NCBI GenBank assembly: GCA_021650915.1
Contig: CP091279.1
Span: 3,900,001 to 3,932,000 of the forward strand
DNA from: Candidatus Brocadia sp.
Lineage (GTDB): Bacteria > Planctomycetota > Brocadiia > Brocadiales > Brocadiaceae
Direction of reading: 5' to 3'
Length of the DNA stretch: 32,000 nucleotides
Positions within the stretch are counted from its first letter, which is position 1. Every line of letters starts with the position of its first letter. The translations under genes and the position numbers were made by a program. This document shows, in pieces, positions 18,924 through 27,844 of the stretch. The notes below the pieces were generated by a model. That model worked only from the letters and a program-made list of their open reading frames with translations, was not told the origin of the DNA and did no database searches.

Positions 18924-20132
18924 ATGTACCTCAGTGAAAAAGACATTCAACGGCTGAAAAGTTTCCGACCAGGAATACGGACAAACAAAGTACTCTATTA
19001 CCTTTTAGAAACTAAGGTTCTTGGTTATTGGTCTTTCCTCGAACCAAAGCACAAAGGTATCGAACTTGCTGACATCCTTGTTTGGTGGGAGGATGTTGTT
19101 CTGCTGCTTGAGGCAAAAACCAGAGAAAAGCCCGAAAAGGCAAGTGAGGCTTGGATCAGAACGCAATTAAATGAGGCAGTTGTCCAAGTAAATGAAAAGG
19201 CAAAAATGCTTAGGAATGGGGGAGTTGCAGAGTTACGCAACAAGTGGCGCGGAGTAGTGAAATGGGACCCTGGCGTTGTTAAGCATTATTACAGTATTAT
19301 TGTGTTGAATTGCTTCTCTGATTCCTGCGACCCGCGCGAAATTGCCACCGAAGCGTTCAAAGCATCGGACATACCGATACAAGTGTTTTCTCTATTTGAT
19401 TTGGCGGAGCTTCTCAGGTTTATCAACACGATCTGGGATTTCATTATCTACTATGAGCTTCGGGAGATGTACAGTCGTCGGTATAAGGTTTCTCTCCATG
19501 AGGAATTCCAAACCTATCAAGGCATTCTAAGCTGTTGGGAAGAACTTTCACCTAAAGATGCACAGCAAGAACAAGATTTTCAGGTAGCGATATCGAATGC
19601 AATTCTCAGGTCGAAACTTGCTGACGAAAAGGGATATTCTTTGCTTGCTGCCAGCTATCTTCTTGATCTGGCTATAGGTTCTCTTGAAAGGCGAGCTGAC
19701 TCTGATAAAACAGGAAAGATAGTTGGTAGTCCAAAGCACGAGCAATTTGTAAGTTCTATTGGTGCTATCGCAGAGTTGAGCCGCCATCGAAGAAGTGGTT
19801 ATGGGAAGAAATGGGTTGAGGCAGCAAAACAATCGGCGGAAAACGGTAAGAGCTGTTACAAATTCTGCTACAGTCCAAGTAGAAGACGAAGTTATATTTT
19901 ATGTTCATTTGAAACCAAAGAATATTCACGAGATATTATTATGATTAAGCTAACACAGGAGCATATGAAAGAATATAAAACTACAAGTTGCCTTTGTCTA
20001 GCTGCCACTACAAATACTATACTCTCCACGTATGAAATGTTTTTGTCTTGGACCAAAGGCAAGGGGAGTTCCGAACCACCAGATATAGAGATTCTTGATA
20101 CCTTAGTGCTTTTTACAGAGAAGAGCTTGTAA
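18924..20132 (+). CDS. Uncharacterised protein with an N-terminal NERD-like PD-(D/E)xK nuclease motif
   Basis: 402 aa. The motif IELAD(50)ILVWWEDVVLLLE(63)AK(65)T fits the D-x(n)-ExK core. The remaining approx. 300 aa have no recognisable motif. Confidence 0.65.
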   Translation: MYLSEKDIQRLKSFRPGIRTNKVLYYLLETKVLGYWSFLEPKHKGIELADILVWWEDVVLLLEAKTREKPEKASEAWIRTQLNEAVVQVNEKAKMLRNGGVAELRNKWRGVVKWDPGVVKHYYSIIVLNCFSDSCDPREIATEAFKASDIPIQVFSLFDLAELLRFINTIWDFIIYYELREMYSRRYKVSLHEEFQTYQGILSCWEELSPKDAQQEQDFQVAISNAILRSKLADEKGYSLLAASYLLDLAIGSLERRADSDKTGKIVGSPKHEQFVSSIGAIAELSRHRRSGYGKKWVEAAKQSAENGKSCYKFCYSPSRRRSYILCSFETKEYSRDIIMIKLTQEHMKEYKTTSCLCLAATTNTILSTYEMFLSWTKGKGSSEPPDIEILDTLVLFTEKSL

Positions 20133-20281
20133 AACATGTAAGGTTGGGTTTTGCTTAACCCGGTATACTTAACTGATCATTGACAATTAATAGAGGGTTC
20201 CGGGCACGACGACACCGTGCGGAGCAGGGAATTCCTTGCAGAAAAACTTATCGGCCTATATGGCGAAAAGGAGTTACTGTT

Positions 20282-20431
20282 ATGGTAAAATACGTATTTA
20301 ATAAGTTGAAATCTTTTCTTCCTGTTGCCCTAGTCATTTTTGGCTGGATTGCATTTACATTCGGCATAGTTATCAATGGACATTTTTGTTTGAAGCTTGT
20401 GTTGCTGTCAGTTGCTAGGGCCCTGCCCTAA
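20282..20431 (+). CDS. Small hydrophobic (membrane) peptide, 49 aa
   Basis: ATG preceded by AAGGAG at an 8-nt spacing. Reads MVKYVFNKLKSFLPVALVIFGWIAFTFGIVINGHFCLKLVLLSVARALP, with one clear TM segment. The track's longer 20180 start is less plausible. Confidence 0.35.
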   Translation: MVKYVFNKLKSFLPVALVIFGWIAFTFGIVINGHFCLKLVLLSVARALP

Positions 20432-20464
20432 ATCCTCCGTTGCGAAATACAGCTAAATAAGAAT

Positions 20465-20492
20465 AAGGTTGGGCTGAGCGCAACCCAACCTT
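20465..20492. terminator. GGTTGGG...CCCAACC palindrome (hairpin) after the small ORF
   Basis: aaggttggg-ctgagcgcaa-cccaacctt, with a perfect 9-bp stem. Confidence 0.45.
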
Positions 20493-20527
20493 ACTTAACC
20501 GCAAGTTGAATAGGAAAATACACGATA

Positions 20528-21147
20528 ATGAATAGAATAGATAATCTTCTGTTTTTTAAAAGTAATCTTGATGACACACTCAGAAATCAGTCTGGCCAGA
20601 TAGCCGCCGAAGTTGATTCGATTCCGAAGGATCAACTACTCGCAACGCCTGAAGACGATATTGTTGATCACATTTATTCATCAATCAAGATCGAGCCTAT
20701 TGTTTTGCATGAAGATTCAAAAGAGATGGAACAGCACGAGACTAAAATAGATGTAAGCGGATATCGAGAACAATATGTCTCCGTAGATCGAGGCCCAATT
20801 TATGTTCCTGGTGTAAAGGTTGTTGTAAGCATCCCGTATACAGGGAATCCTTCTCTCTGGAATCTCAAACCCAATCGCAGCCAGTCAGTATTTCCCCGAT
20901 CCGATATTCGGCAACCCAACAGAGATGGGATTGGTTATCTTGATATTGTAATCGAACTGCCGGTAGATGAACAACGCGAAAAATTCAGACAACGTTTAGA
21001 CGACGAACTTAAGAGCATCAGGTTTTACCTTGACTCCCAAAAATCGCAGGTAGAGATGTTTAACTCAACTGCTCCCAAAAACATACTGATAGCTATACAA
21101 GCCAGAAAAGAACGTCTAAAGACCCAAGATGGTATCGCAGATTTATT
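20528..21147 (+). pseudogene. Uncharacterised defence-island protein, N-terminal part (interrupted by IS66)
   Basis: The ORF is open to the IS66 boundary, and the stop codon comes from the IS terminus (ttg taa). It continues in frame at 22875. Confidence 0.8.
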
Positions 21148-22866
21148 GTAACTATTCAGCGAAAATATTTTAGAATTTAGTTGACAGTCAACATGAGAAA
21201 AGGGGGCCGTAGAATTGGTTGGTAGAATAAATGGCTGTGGAGGATGCCACTGTAGCCCATCGGAGGTTTTTGCAAAGAGAGGTGTGGGGTATGTTCGGCC
21301 AGAGAATTACAGAGTTTTGTAGGGCGGTAGAGGGTGAAAAAAATGGGTGAAAAAGCCTGTGGTATAATAGCCGCAGGAGATGATTTCAGGCTATTAATAC
21401 CGGTGCCATCCATTGACGATAGAGAATATAGATATAGATGCAACGCTGCGGAAAGTAGAAAAGCTGCTTTCAGAGGAAAAAGGTCTGTCACCTGCCATAA
21501 GGTCAATGATAGAGTTGTTGGTGTTAGTGATAACGCTGCTGGTAGGACGTCTGAACCGGAACAGTCGCAACAGTAGTAAGCCGCCCGCAAGCGATCCGAA
21601 TCGCACGAGAAAGAGCAGGGCGAAAGGAGAGAGGAAGGCAGGTGGGCAAGAGGGTCATGATGGAGTAACGCTGAAAAAGGTAGCCAATCCTGATAAGGTG
21701 GAAGTAATAAAAGTAGACCGGAGGAAGTATCCGAGCGGCAAATACAGGTTGATCGGTTATGAGTCGCGTCAGGTGTTTGATATGAAGATTTCAAGGGTGG
21801 TAACGGAGTATCGGGCAGAGATAGTTGAGGATGCGGAGGGAAGTAGGTTTGTAGCGTCATTTCCGGAAGGGGTGACAAAGGCAGTGCAGTATGGGCCGGA
21901 TTTGAAAGCGCACGCAGTATATATGTCACAGTATCAATTGATACCCTATAAGAGGATCCAGGAGTATTTTGAGGAGCAGATGGGGATACCGCTGAGCGAA
22001 GGCTCTCTTTACAACTTTAACAAGGATGCCTACGAATCTCTGGAAGCCTTCGAGGGGAAAACCAAGGAAGAACTTGTCAAATCAGAGGTATTGCAGGCAG
22101 ATGAAACGAGCATCAACAAGAACGGAGACAGGTATTGGCTGCATAGTGCATCCAATAGTTTGTGGACACACTTTTTCCCTCACGAAAGACGTGGGACGGA
22201 AGCGATGGATAGTATCGGGATACTGCCCCAGTTTCGGGGGATTCTTTGTCACGACCATTTGAAGGCGTATTACACCTACACCCGCTGTACACATGCGCTC
22301 TGTAATGCACACCACCTGAGGGAATTGGAGGGGGTGTGGGAAGAGGATAAGAAGCAACCGTGGGCGAAAGAGATGAAAGCCCTGCTCGAAGAGATAAACC
22401 GTGCGGTAAAGGATGCGGGGGGTTTGTTGGAAAACGGCGAGTCTGAGAAATACCGGCAAAGGTACCGGGGGATATTACAAAACGCAGAAGCTGAAAGCCC
22501 GCCCCCTGATGAAACGAACCGTAAGGGGAAAAGAGGGCGGGTAAAAAGGACAAAAGCACGGAATCTCCTGGAACGATTACGGGAGTATGAGGGTGATGTG
22601 CTCAGATTTATGGACAATAAAAACGTCCCCTTCACGAATAACCTGGCCGAAAACGATATCAGGATGACGAAGGTTCAGCAGAAGATATCGGGCTGTTTTC
22701 GTTCTCTGGACGGAGCGAAGATCTTCTGCCTCATCCGTAGTTATCTCTCGACTTGTCGAAAACAAGGGGTAAATTTAAGTCAGGCATTACGGATGGTATT
22801 TCGCGGCAAATTGCCTGATTTTGCCAGCTCGTAACGATAGGGGGCGATATTACGCTGAATAGTTAC
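21148..22866 (+). mobile_element. IS66-family insertion sequence, single-ORF (ISBst12-like) type
   Basis: Perfect 14-bp terminal inverted repeats gtaactattcagcg / cgctgaatagttac. A perfect 8-bp target duplication gatttatt is present at 21140-21147 and 22867-22874. Confidence 0.92.
21413..22834 (+). CDS. IS66-family transposase
   Basis: 473 aa with NSRNSSKPPASDPN, GGQEGHDG, LQADETSINKNG, LCHDHLKAY, HALCNAHHLREL, PFTNNLAENDIRMTKVQQKISGCFRS. Confidence 0.9.
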   Translation: MTIENIDIDATLRKVEKLLSEEKGLSPAIRSMIELLVLVITLLVGRLNRNSRNSSKPPASDPNRTRKSRAKGERKAGGQEGHDGVTLKKVANPDKVEVIKVDRRKYPSGKYRLIGYESRQVFDMKISRVVTEYRAEIVEDAEGSRFVASFPEGVTKAVQYGPDLKAHAVYMSQYQLIPYKRIQEYFEEQMGIPLSEGSLYNFNKDAYESLEAFEGKTKEELVKSEVLQADETSINKNGDRYWLHSASNSLWTHFFPHERRGTEAMDSIGILPQFRGILCHDHLKAYYTYTRCTHALCNAHHLRELEGVWEEDKKQPWAKEMKALLEEINRAVKDAGGLLENGESEKYRQRYRGILQNAEAESPPPDETNRKGKRGRVKRTKARNLLERLREYEGDVLRFMDNKNVPFTNNLAENDIRMTKVQQKISGCFRSLDGAKIFCLIRSYLSTCRKQGVNLSQALRMVFRGKLPDFASS

Positions 22867-23511
22867 GATTTATTAGGCATACCCTTAAAAAGACGTGGAG
22901 ATGCACCTCCAATAGAACCTATCCAGATAAAGAGAAAACTAATCAAACCGCTTCCACCTCCTCCAAAGTCTGGGTACAAATCAGAACCCGGTATTACCGA
23001 TCAAGATTTCGAGCATATTCTTGCTGTAATACGGCACGAGGGAAGGAGCTTCGAAGCTACGCCAAAAACATACGCTGTTCACAATGAGGAAGAACTTAGA
23101 GATATTCTAATAGCACATCTGAATGGACATTACGAAGGTGGAGCCACAGGCGAAACTTTTAGAAGAAGTGGAAAAACGGATATTCGGATTGAAGATCAAG
23201 AAAGAGCGGCCTTTGTCGCTGAATGTAAAGTCTGGCGGGGGAACAAAGAACTTTTGGAAGCGGTTGATCAGTTGCTTAGCTACCTTACATGGAGAGATTG
23301 CAAAGCAGCCATTGTCGTCTTCAATAAACACAACGCAAAATTCACCGAATTGCTGACAAAGATGCCTGAAACTATGCGTTCTCATCCAAAATTCAAGAAA
23401 GAACTTGGGCAACAGAAAGAAGGGGAATGGAGGTTTATCCTGACCTCACTCGAAGATGAGCTAAGGCAAGTCATTGTTAACGTGTTTGTCTTCAATCTAT
23501 TCTTTGCCTAA
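22867..23511 (+). pseudogene. Uncharacterised defence-island protein, C-terminal part with a PD-(D/E)xK-like motif
   Basis: The frame is open from the TSD copy: DLLGIPLKRRGDAPP...PLPPPPKSG...ATGETFRRSGKTD(23179)IRIEDQERAAFVAE(23221)CK(23227)VWRG...LSYLTWRD. Only the last 85 codons appear in the track, because there is no earlier start codon. Confidence 0.8.
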
Positions 23512-23530
23512 CAGGAAACTCCAGGATGTT

Positions 23531-23575
23531 GGTTGGGTTTGTTTGCTATACCTAACCTACGTTATTTTTTGTTTT
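23531..23575 (+). terminator. Hairpin plus T-run after the split nuclease gene
   Basis: ggttgggt...acctaacc (one mismatch), followed by tacgttattttttgttttg. Confidence 0.45.
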
Positions 23576-23656
23576 GATTACAAAATTATTTCTGTATAGT
23601 GGATCACTAGAAGCATTACGTAATACTGCATACTATTCTGAAGAAGGCATAACCGA

Positions 23657-25084
23657 ATGTTAACTCTGTCCGAGAACGTTAAAGTCTTACCACAAAAGAT
23701 AGCTTTAAGTGCAGTTGAACACCTTGATCAAAAGTTATATTATCACTTCAAGGACAAATTTCACCTTGATGTTTCTTTATCCCGTTCACTTGTGAGCTTT
23801 CAAGCCAATAAGACCAGAGAAATTTACCGCTGGTATAAATTCAAAGAAGCATTCTCCGCTTCATTAGTCGAACATCTGCTTGAAAAGTACAAGATCGTTA
23901 GCGGCTTAATTCTTGACCCATTTGCCGGCAGTGGAACAGCCTTGTTTGCGGCTATTGCAGAAGGGATAAACGCCGGCGGAATTGAATTGTTACCGATTGG
24001 CCAACAAATAATCAACACGAAAAAAATACTCGCGCTAGAGTTCACGAAAAATGATTTTGCTATTCTCAGGCGGTGGTCGCTCGAACAACCCTGGAGAAAA
24101 TCTGAGTTGCGAATGCCACTAAACGAGTTGCGTATTACGAAAGATGCATATCCAGAACAAACGAAGGAATCAATCGAAAGATACTTAGGCACATGCGAGC
24201 AAGAAAATGAACGCATTCGGGCAGTTTTGCGATTTGCTTTACTGTGTATTTTAGAGTCGGTGAGCTATACACGCAAAGACGGTCAATATCTGCGTTGGGA
24301 TTACCGGTCTGGCAGGCGACAGGGTAAAAAGCCTTTCAATAAAGGAACTATTCCCAGTTTTGAAAATGCTATTTGCAACAAAATAGATGAGATCGTTTTC
24401 GACTTGCATACCAGGGGAAAACAAAAACCACTTTTTACCTCAAAGCATTCAAAAGGTACAATTAATCTCTATGGTGGCTCGTGTCTTGATGTGTTGCCAA
24501 CTATCCCCACTGGTACTTATGATGCTATTATTACTTCACCACCATACTGCAATCGGTATGATTACACACGCACGTATGCTTTAGAACTTGCCTTACAAGG
24601 GATAAGCGAACAAGAACTATTACATCTACGCCAACAAATGCTTAGTTGCACAGTTGAAAATCGCGCCAAGGACTTATTAAAGATGAATCCACCATGGAGA
24701 AAGGCTATTGCTGCCGCTGATCACCAAGAATTGTTACAGTCCATCTTGAAATATTTAGACGATCAAAAGGCGCAAGGTATGCTAAATAACAATGGTATTC
24801 CCAGAATGGTTCGGGGCTATTTTTACGAGATGGCTTGTGTAATCGCCGAATGCTCAAGAGTAATGAAACCAAATGCTCCGTTATTCATGGTGAATGATAA
24901 CGTCCGATTTGCGGGAGCAAGTATTTCTGCGGACATGATACTTTCCCATATTGCGGAGAAGTTAGGATTTTATGTAGAAAACATTCTCGTATTACCTAAA
25001 GGTAAAGGAAATAGTAGTCAACAGATGGGTAAGCACGGACGTGAATTACTTCGAAAGTGTGTTTATGTTTGGAGAAAAACCTAA
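23657..25084 (+). CDS. DNA amino-methyltransferase (N6-adenine or N4-cytosine), motif order I then IV
   Basis: 475 aa. AdoMet motif I is [14 protein letters not shown] (approx. aa 87-100). Catalytic motif IV is [11 protein letters not shown] (approx. aa 292-302). About 190 aa lie between them as the presumed target-recognition region. Confidence 0.88.
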   Translation: MLTLSENVKVLPQKIALSAVEHLDQKLYYHFKDKFHLDVSLSRSLVSFQANKTREIYRWYKFKEAFSASLVEHLLEKYKIVSGLILDPFAGSGTALFAAIAEGINAGGIELLPIGQQIINTKKILALEFTKNDFAILRRWSLEQPWRKSELRMPLNELRITKDAYPEQTKESIERYLGTCEQENERIRAVLRFALLCILESVSYTRKDGQYLRWDYRSGRRQGKKPFNKGTIPSFENAICNKIDEIVFDLHTRGKQKPLFTSKHSKGTINLYGGSCLDVLPTIPTGTYDAIITSPPYCNRYDYTRTYALELALQGISEQELLHLRQQMLSCTVENRAKDLLKMNPPWRKAIAAADHQELLQSILKYLDDQKAQGMLNNNGIPRMVRGYFYEMACVIAECSRVMKPNAPLFMVNDNVRFAGASISADMILSHIAEKLGFYVENILVLPKGKGNSSQQMGKHGRELLRKCVYVWRKT

Positions 25085-26052
25085 TGAGTAGGCCGAGCCT
25101 ACCGCGTTTAAAGTCGAGCAAAGACCTTGAAACCACGTATGAAGCTGTTCGTGCTGGCTTCGTTAAACAGGCGTTAGAAAAAAACAGGCAGGCTACTCAG
25201 TATGTTGAAGAAGCAAGGGCGTTAAAAGTTGCCGCTTCAACCGCTAAAACACCAAGCGATTTGCTCATCATTCCAGACATCCAATCAGCCCTGTTGACTG
25301 CCGCTGGTGTATCCGAGAAGGCAAACAATCATTTATTGCAGCGAGATAAGGAAGAAGCGATAAAAGGGCTTATCGATAATTTTCTTGAACCAGCAGGGAA
25401 AAAGTTTGTAGAAGAATTGGTTTTCAGATTTTTATTGATACGCGGGGATACTCTCGGCGGTTCAATGCGGAATATCGGTGGAATCCTAGCCCAACGGAAG
25501 TTAACGCGCTCTATTATTTCTGCACTCAAGGTTGCTGGTAAATCTTATGAGTGGCTTCATTCAGAAACAAATGCATGGGTGCCAATGACAGAGAGTAATG
25601 CAGAAATAGAGATATTTGTAAAAGGTATCAGTTGGAAAAGCGACAGCCAGAGTCGGACAGCACTTTTTAATTTGTTCGTACCAATCGTTGGTAACAATGT
25701 GGATTTGTGTTTGTTTAATCGTGAATCAAAAGATTTTTCCAATAAGAAAATTGCCAGAGATATACTTATTTCTCCGCCTTCGTATATTGCCCTTGGAGAA
25801 CTAAAGGGTGGAATAGATCCTGCAGGTGCGGATGAACACTGGAAAACTGCCAGAACACATCTTAATCGCATTCAAGACTCATTCAAGAAGATGGGACATA
25901 AACCAAATCTTTTCTTTATTGGGGCGGCTATTGAAGCAAAAATGGCAGTTGAAATATGGAATCTGCTCAAGAAAGGTATACTTTCAAATGCTGCAAACTT
26001 AACTGACGATAACCAAATAGCATCTGTATCACGTTGGTTATGTAATCTATAA
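25084..26052 (+). CDS. Putative type II restriction endonuclease cognate to the upstream methyltransferase
   Basis: 322 aa from the ATG that overlaps the MTase stop (TAATG). A PD-(D/E)xK-like signature is present: NNVDLCLF ... [19 protein letters not shown]. Confidence 0.6.
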   Translation: MSRPSLPRLKSSKDLETTYEAVRAGFVKQALEKNRQATQYVEEARALKVAASTAKTPSDLLIIPDIQSALLTAAGVSEKANNHLLQRDKEEAIKGLIDNFLEPAGKKFVEELVFRFLLIRGDTLGGSMRNIGGILAQRKLTRSIISALKVAGKSYEWLHSETNAWVPMTESNAEIEIFVKGISWKSDSQSRTALFNLFVPIVGNNVDLCLFNRESKDFSNKKIARDILISPPSYIALGELKGGIDPAGADEHWKTARTHLNRIQDSFKKMGHKPNLFFIGAAIEAKMAVEIWNLLKKGILSNAANLTDDNQIASVSRWLCNL

Positions 26053-26073
26053 TCATGTAAAGAGGTATCTGGT

Positions 26074-26259
26074 ATGATAGATCCAGAAAAAATCATTTAT
26101 TCCATCAACATTGATGATATTCAAAATGTTGCAGAACAGGAATTAGAGAGAAAACTAACGGCAAAAGAATTAAGATTAGTCGAAGGTAAAGTTGGCGATT
26201 ATATCAATTGGTATGAAGCCATCCTTAATGCAATTGATGCAGCAAATATTAAACCATGA
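26074..26259 (+). CDS. Small hypothetical protein (61 aa)
   Basis: ORF 21 nt after the endonuclease stop. It is acidic and helical-looking, with no motif. Confidence 0.35.
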   Translation: MIDPEKIIYSINIDDIQNVAEQELERKLTAKELRLVEGKVGDYINWYEAILNAIDAANIKP

Positions 26260-26333
26260 AGATTTAGCCGCGAAGCGCCTGAAGCCGATTGTTTCAAGAA
26301 CCGGGTTGCGCCTGAAATAGAGTGGGGATAATA

Positions 26334-27426
26334 TAGTTCGTTGCATTGATTATGTTAAATAATTCTCAAAGAATTTCTTGGTCAATTCAGGGTTCTTCTG
26401 TATTTTTCTAAGCGCTCCAATGACTAAACGTCCAAGTTGTTTTTTGTCCTGTGCCTGGTGATTCTTTAGCGTGACATGCTTCATATGCCGCCAAACTTTT
26501 TCATCCGGATTCAGATCCGGTGAATACGGCGGCAGATGGAATACGCGTAGCTTCGATGACCCCTCATTCAATGCTTTAATTCTTTTGGCAACATGGCAAG
26601 GCGCTTGGTCCATGATCACCGCCACCTTACGCCGCGGATGTTGCACGCTAATTTGATTCAGAAATTCCATAAGAACCTGGGCGTTAACTTTTCGTTTCTC
26701 CAGACGGAAACACATCCTGCCAGATGGCGAAATCGCCGACATGGCCAAAACGCCGCCCGTTTCCCGGTCACACGCACAACGGGGGTTTCTCCTATCGGAG
26801 CCCATGTTTTTCCAATAACAGGCGCAAGGGAAACGCCCGACTCATCCTCAAAATAGATAATAGCCCGGTTTTTCTGAGCCCACTTCTGAATTTCAGGCCA
26901 CTCCTTGCTAATCCATGTCTTTACCAAATCCATGTCTTGCTGTGAATAACGTTTTTCCGGCTTTTGAAAACTCAAACCCAACCGAACCAGATATCGCCAT
27001 ATTGTGCTGCGATCCAAATTCACTTTTCGTTCTCGCCGGAAAAGAATTCTAACATATGTTCCGGTCCACAGCGGAGTCGAAAAACCATATTTTGTCGCGA
27101 CATTCTGCAAAACACTTTGCAACCATCTTAAATCATCCGCATTTACAATTCGCGCCTTGCCCTTTGCTTTGCGTTCCTTAAGCGCCTCTATACCACCACG
27201 ACGGTATTGAGAGAACCACCTTGAGACACTTTCATACTTAATGCCAAATATCTCGCCTATTTCTTTAACGGAATAATGCATCTTATCCCTGAGCGTGATC
27301 GCCCGGATTCGATAAGACTCCAATACCTCCCTTGACAGCTTCCTTCCGTCATCTTTCATGCTCCTATTTTACAACATTTTATCTAGCAATGAAACTAATT
27401 ATTAACTTAATTAATGCAACAATCTA
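26334..27426 (-). mobile_element. IS630-family insertion sequence (copy 3)
   Basis: Approx. 31-bp imperfect terminal inverted repeats: tagttcgttgcattgattatgttaaataatt versus the reverse complement tagattgttgcattaattaagttaataatt. TA is present on both flanks (26332-33 and 27427-28). It is inserted into another IS630 fragment. Confidence 0.85.
26350..27359 (-). pseudogene. IS630-family transposase with a single frameshift
   Basis: The 233-aa ORF (...GKTWAPIGETPVVRVTGKR) continues in the -1 frame as GGVLAMSAISPSGRMCF...MDQAPCH...LPPYSPDLNPDEKVW. The shift lies at 26756-26759. Confidence 0.85.
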
Positions 27427-27742
27427 TATCTTCATATTGGACAATGCTCGTTATCAGAAATGTGCCGTTGTTAGGAAACTGGCGGAGCAGTTGCATATTG
27501 AGTTAATTTTTCTCCCTCCGTATTCACCCAATCTCAATCTTATTGAGCGGCTTTGGAAATTTGTCAAAAAACAGTGCTTATATTCAAAGTATTATTCAGA
27601 GTTTACCAAATTTAAAAACGCCATTATGGACTGCTTGCAAAAAACCCATTCACAATATAAACGAGAGCTTGCTTCGTTGTTGACGCTTAATTTTCAAACA
27701 TTTCGGGTTCTTCTCCCAATTACCTGACTTTTCCTTGAATTA
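27427..27742 (+). pseudogene. IS630-family element (subtype 2), 3' end with the last approx. 100 codons of the transposase
   Basis: Reads (SGDN)IFILDNARYQKCAVVRKLAEQLHIELIFLPPYSPNLNLIERLWKFVKKQCLYSKYYSEF...LTLNFQTF. The stop is at 27725-27, and the presumed terminus ...gaatta at 27742 is followed by TA. Confidence 0.75.
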
Positions 27743-27844
27743 TATACACTACAAAGCGGGATTACAAGGAGTATAAATAGATAGGGGCAAATTAAGCATA
27801 AAGGCATATTGGCAAAGCGTCATGTAGTGTATACGATATGCACT

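Noticed and set aside
27743-27832. Inverted repeat tatacactaca / tgtagtgtata upstream of the second IS1634-type transposase, considered as the IS terminus.
   Set aside because: No matching sequence was found downstream of the transposase (29342-29557). Both arms lie on the same side of the gene, so the element boundaries remain undefined.
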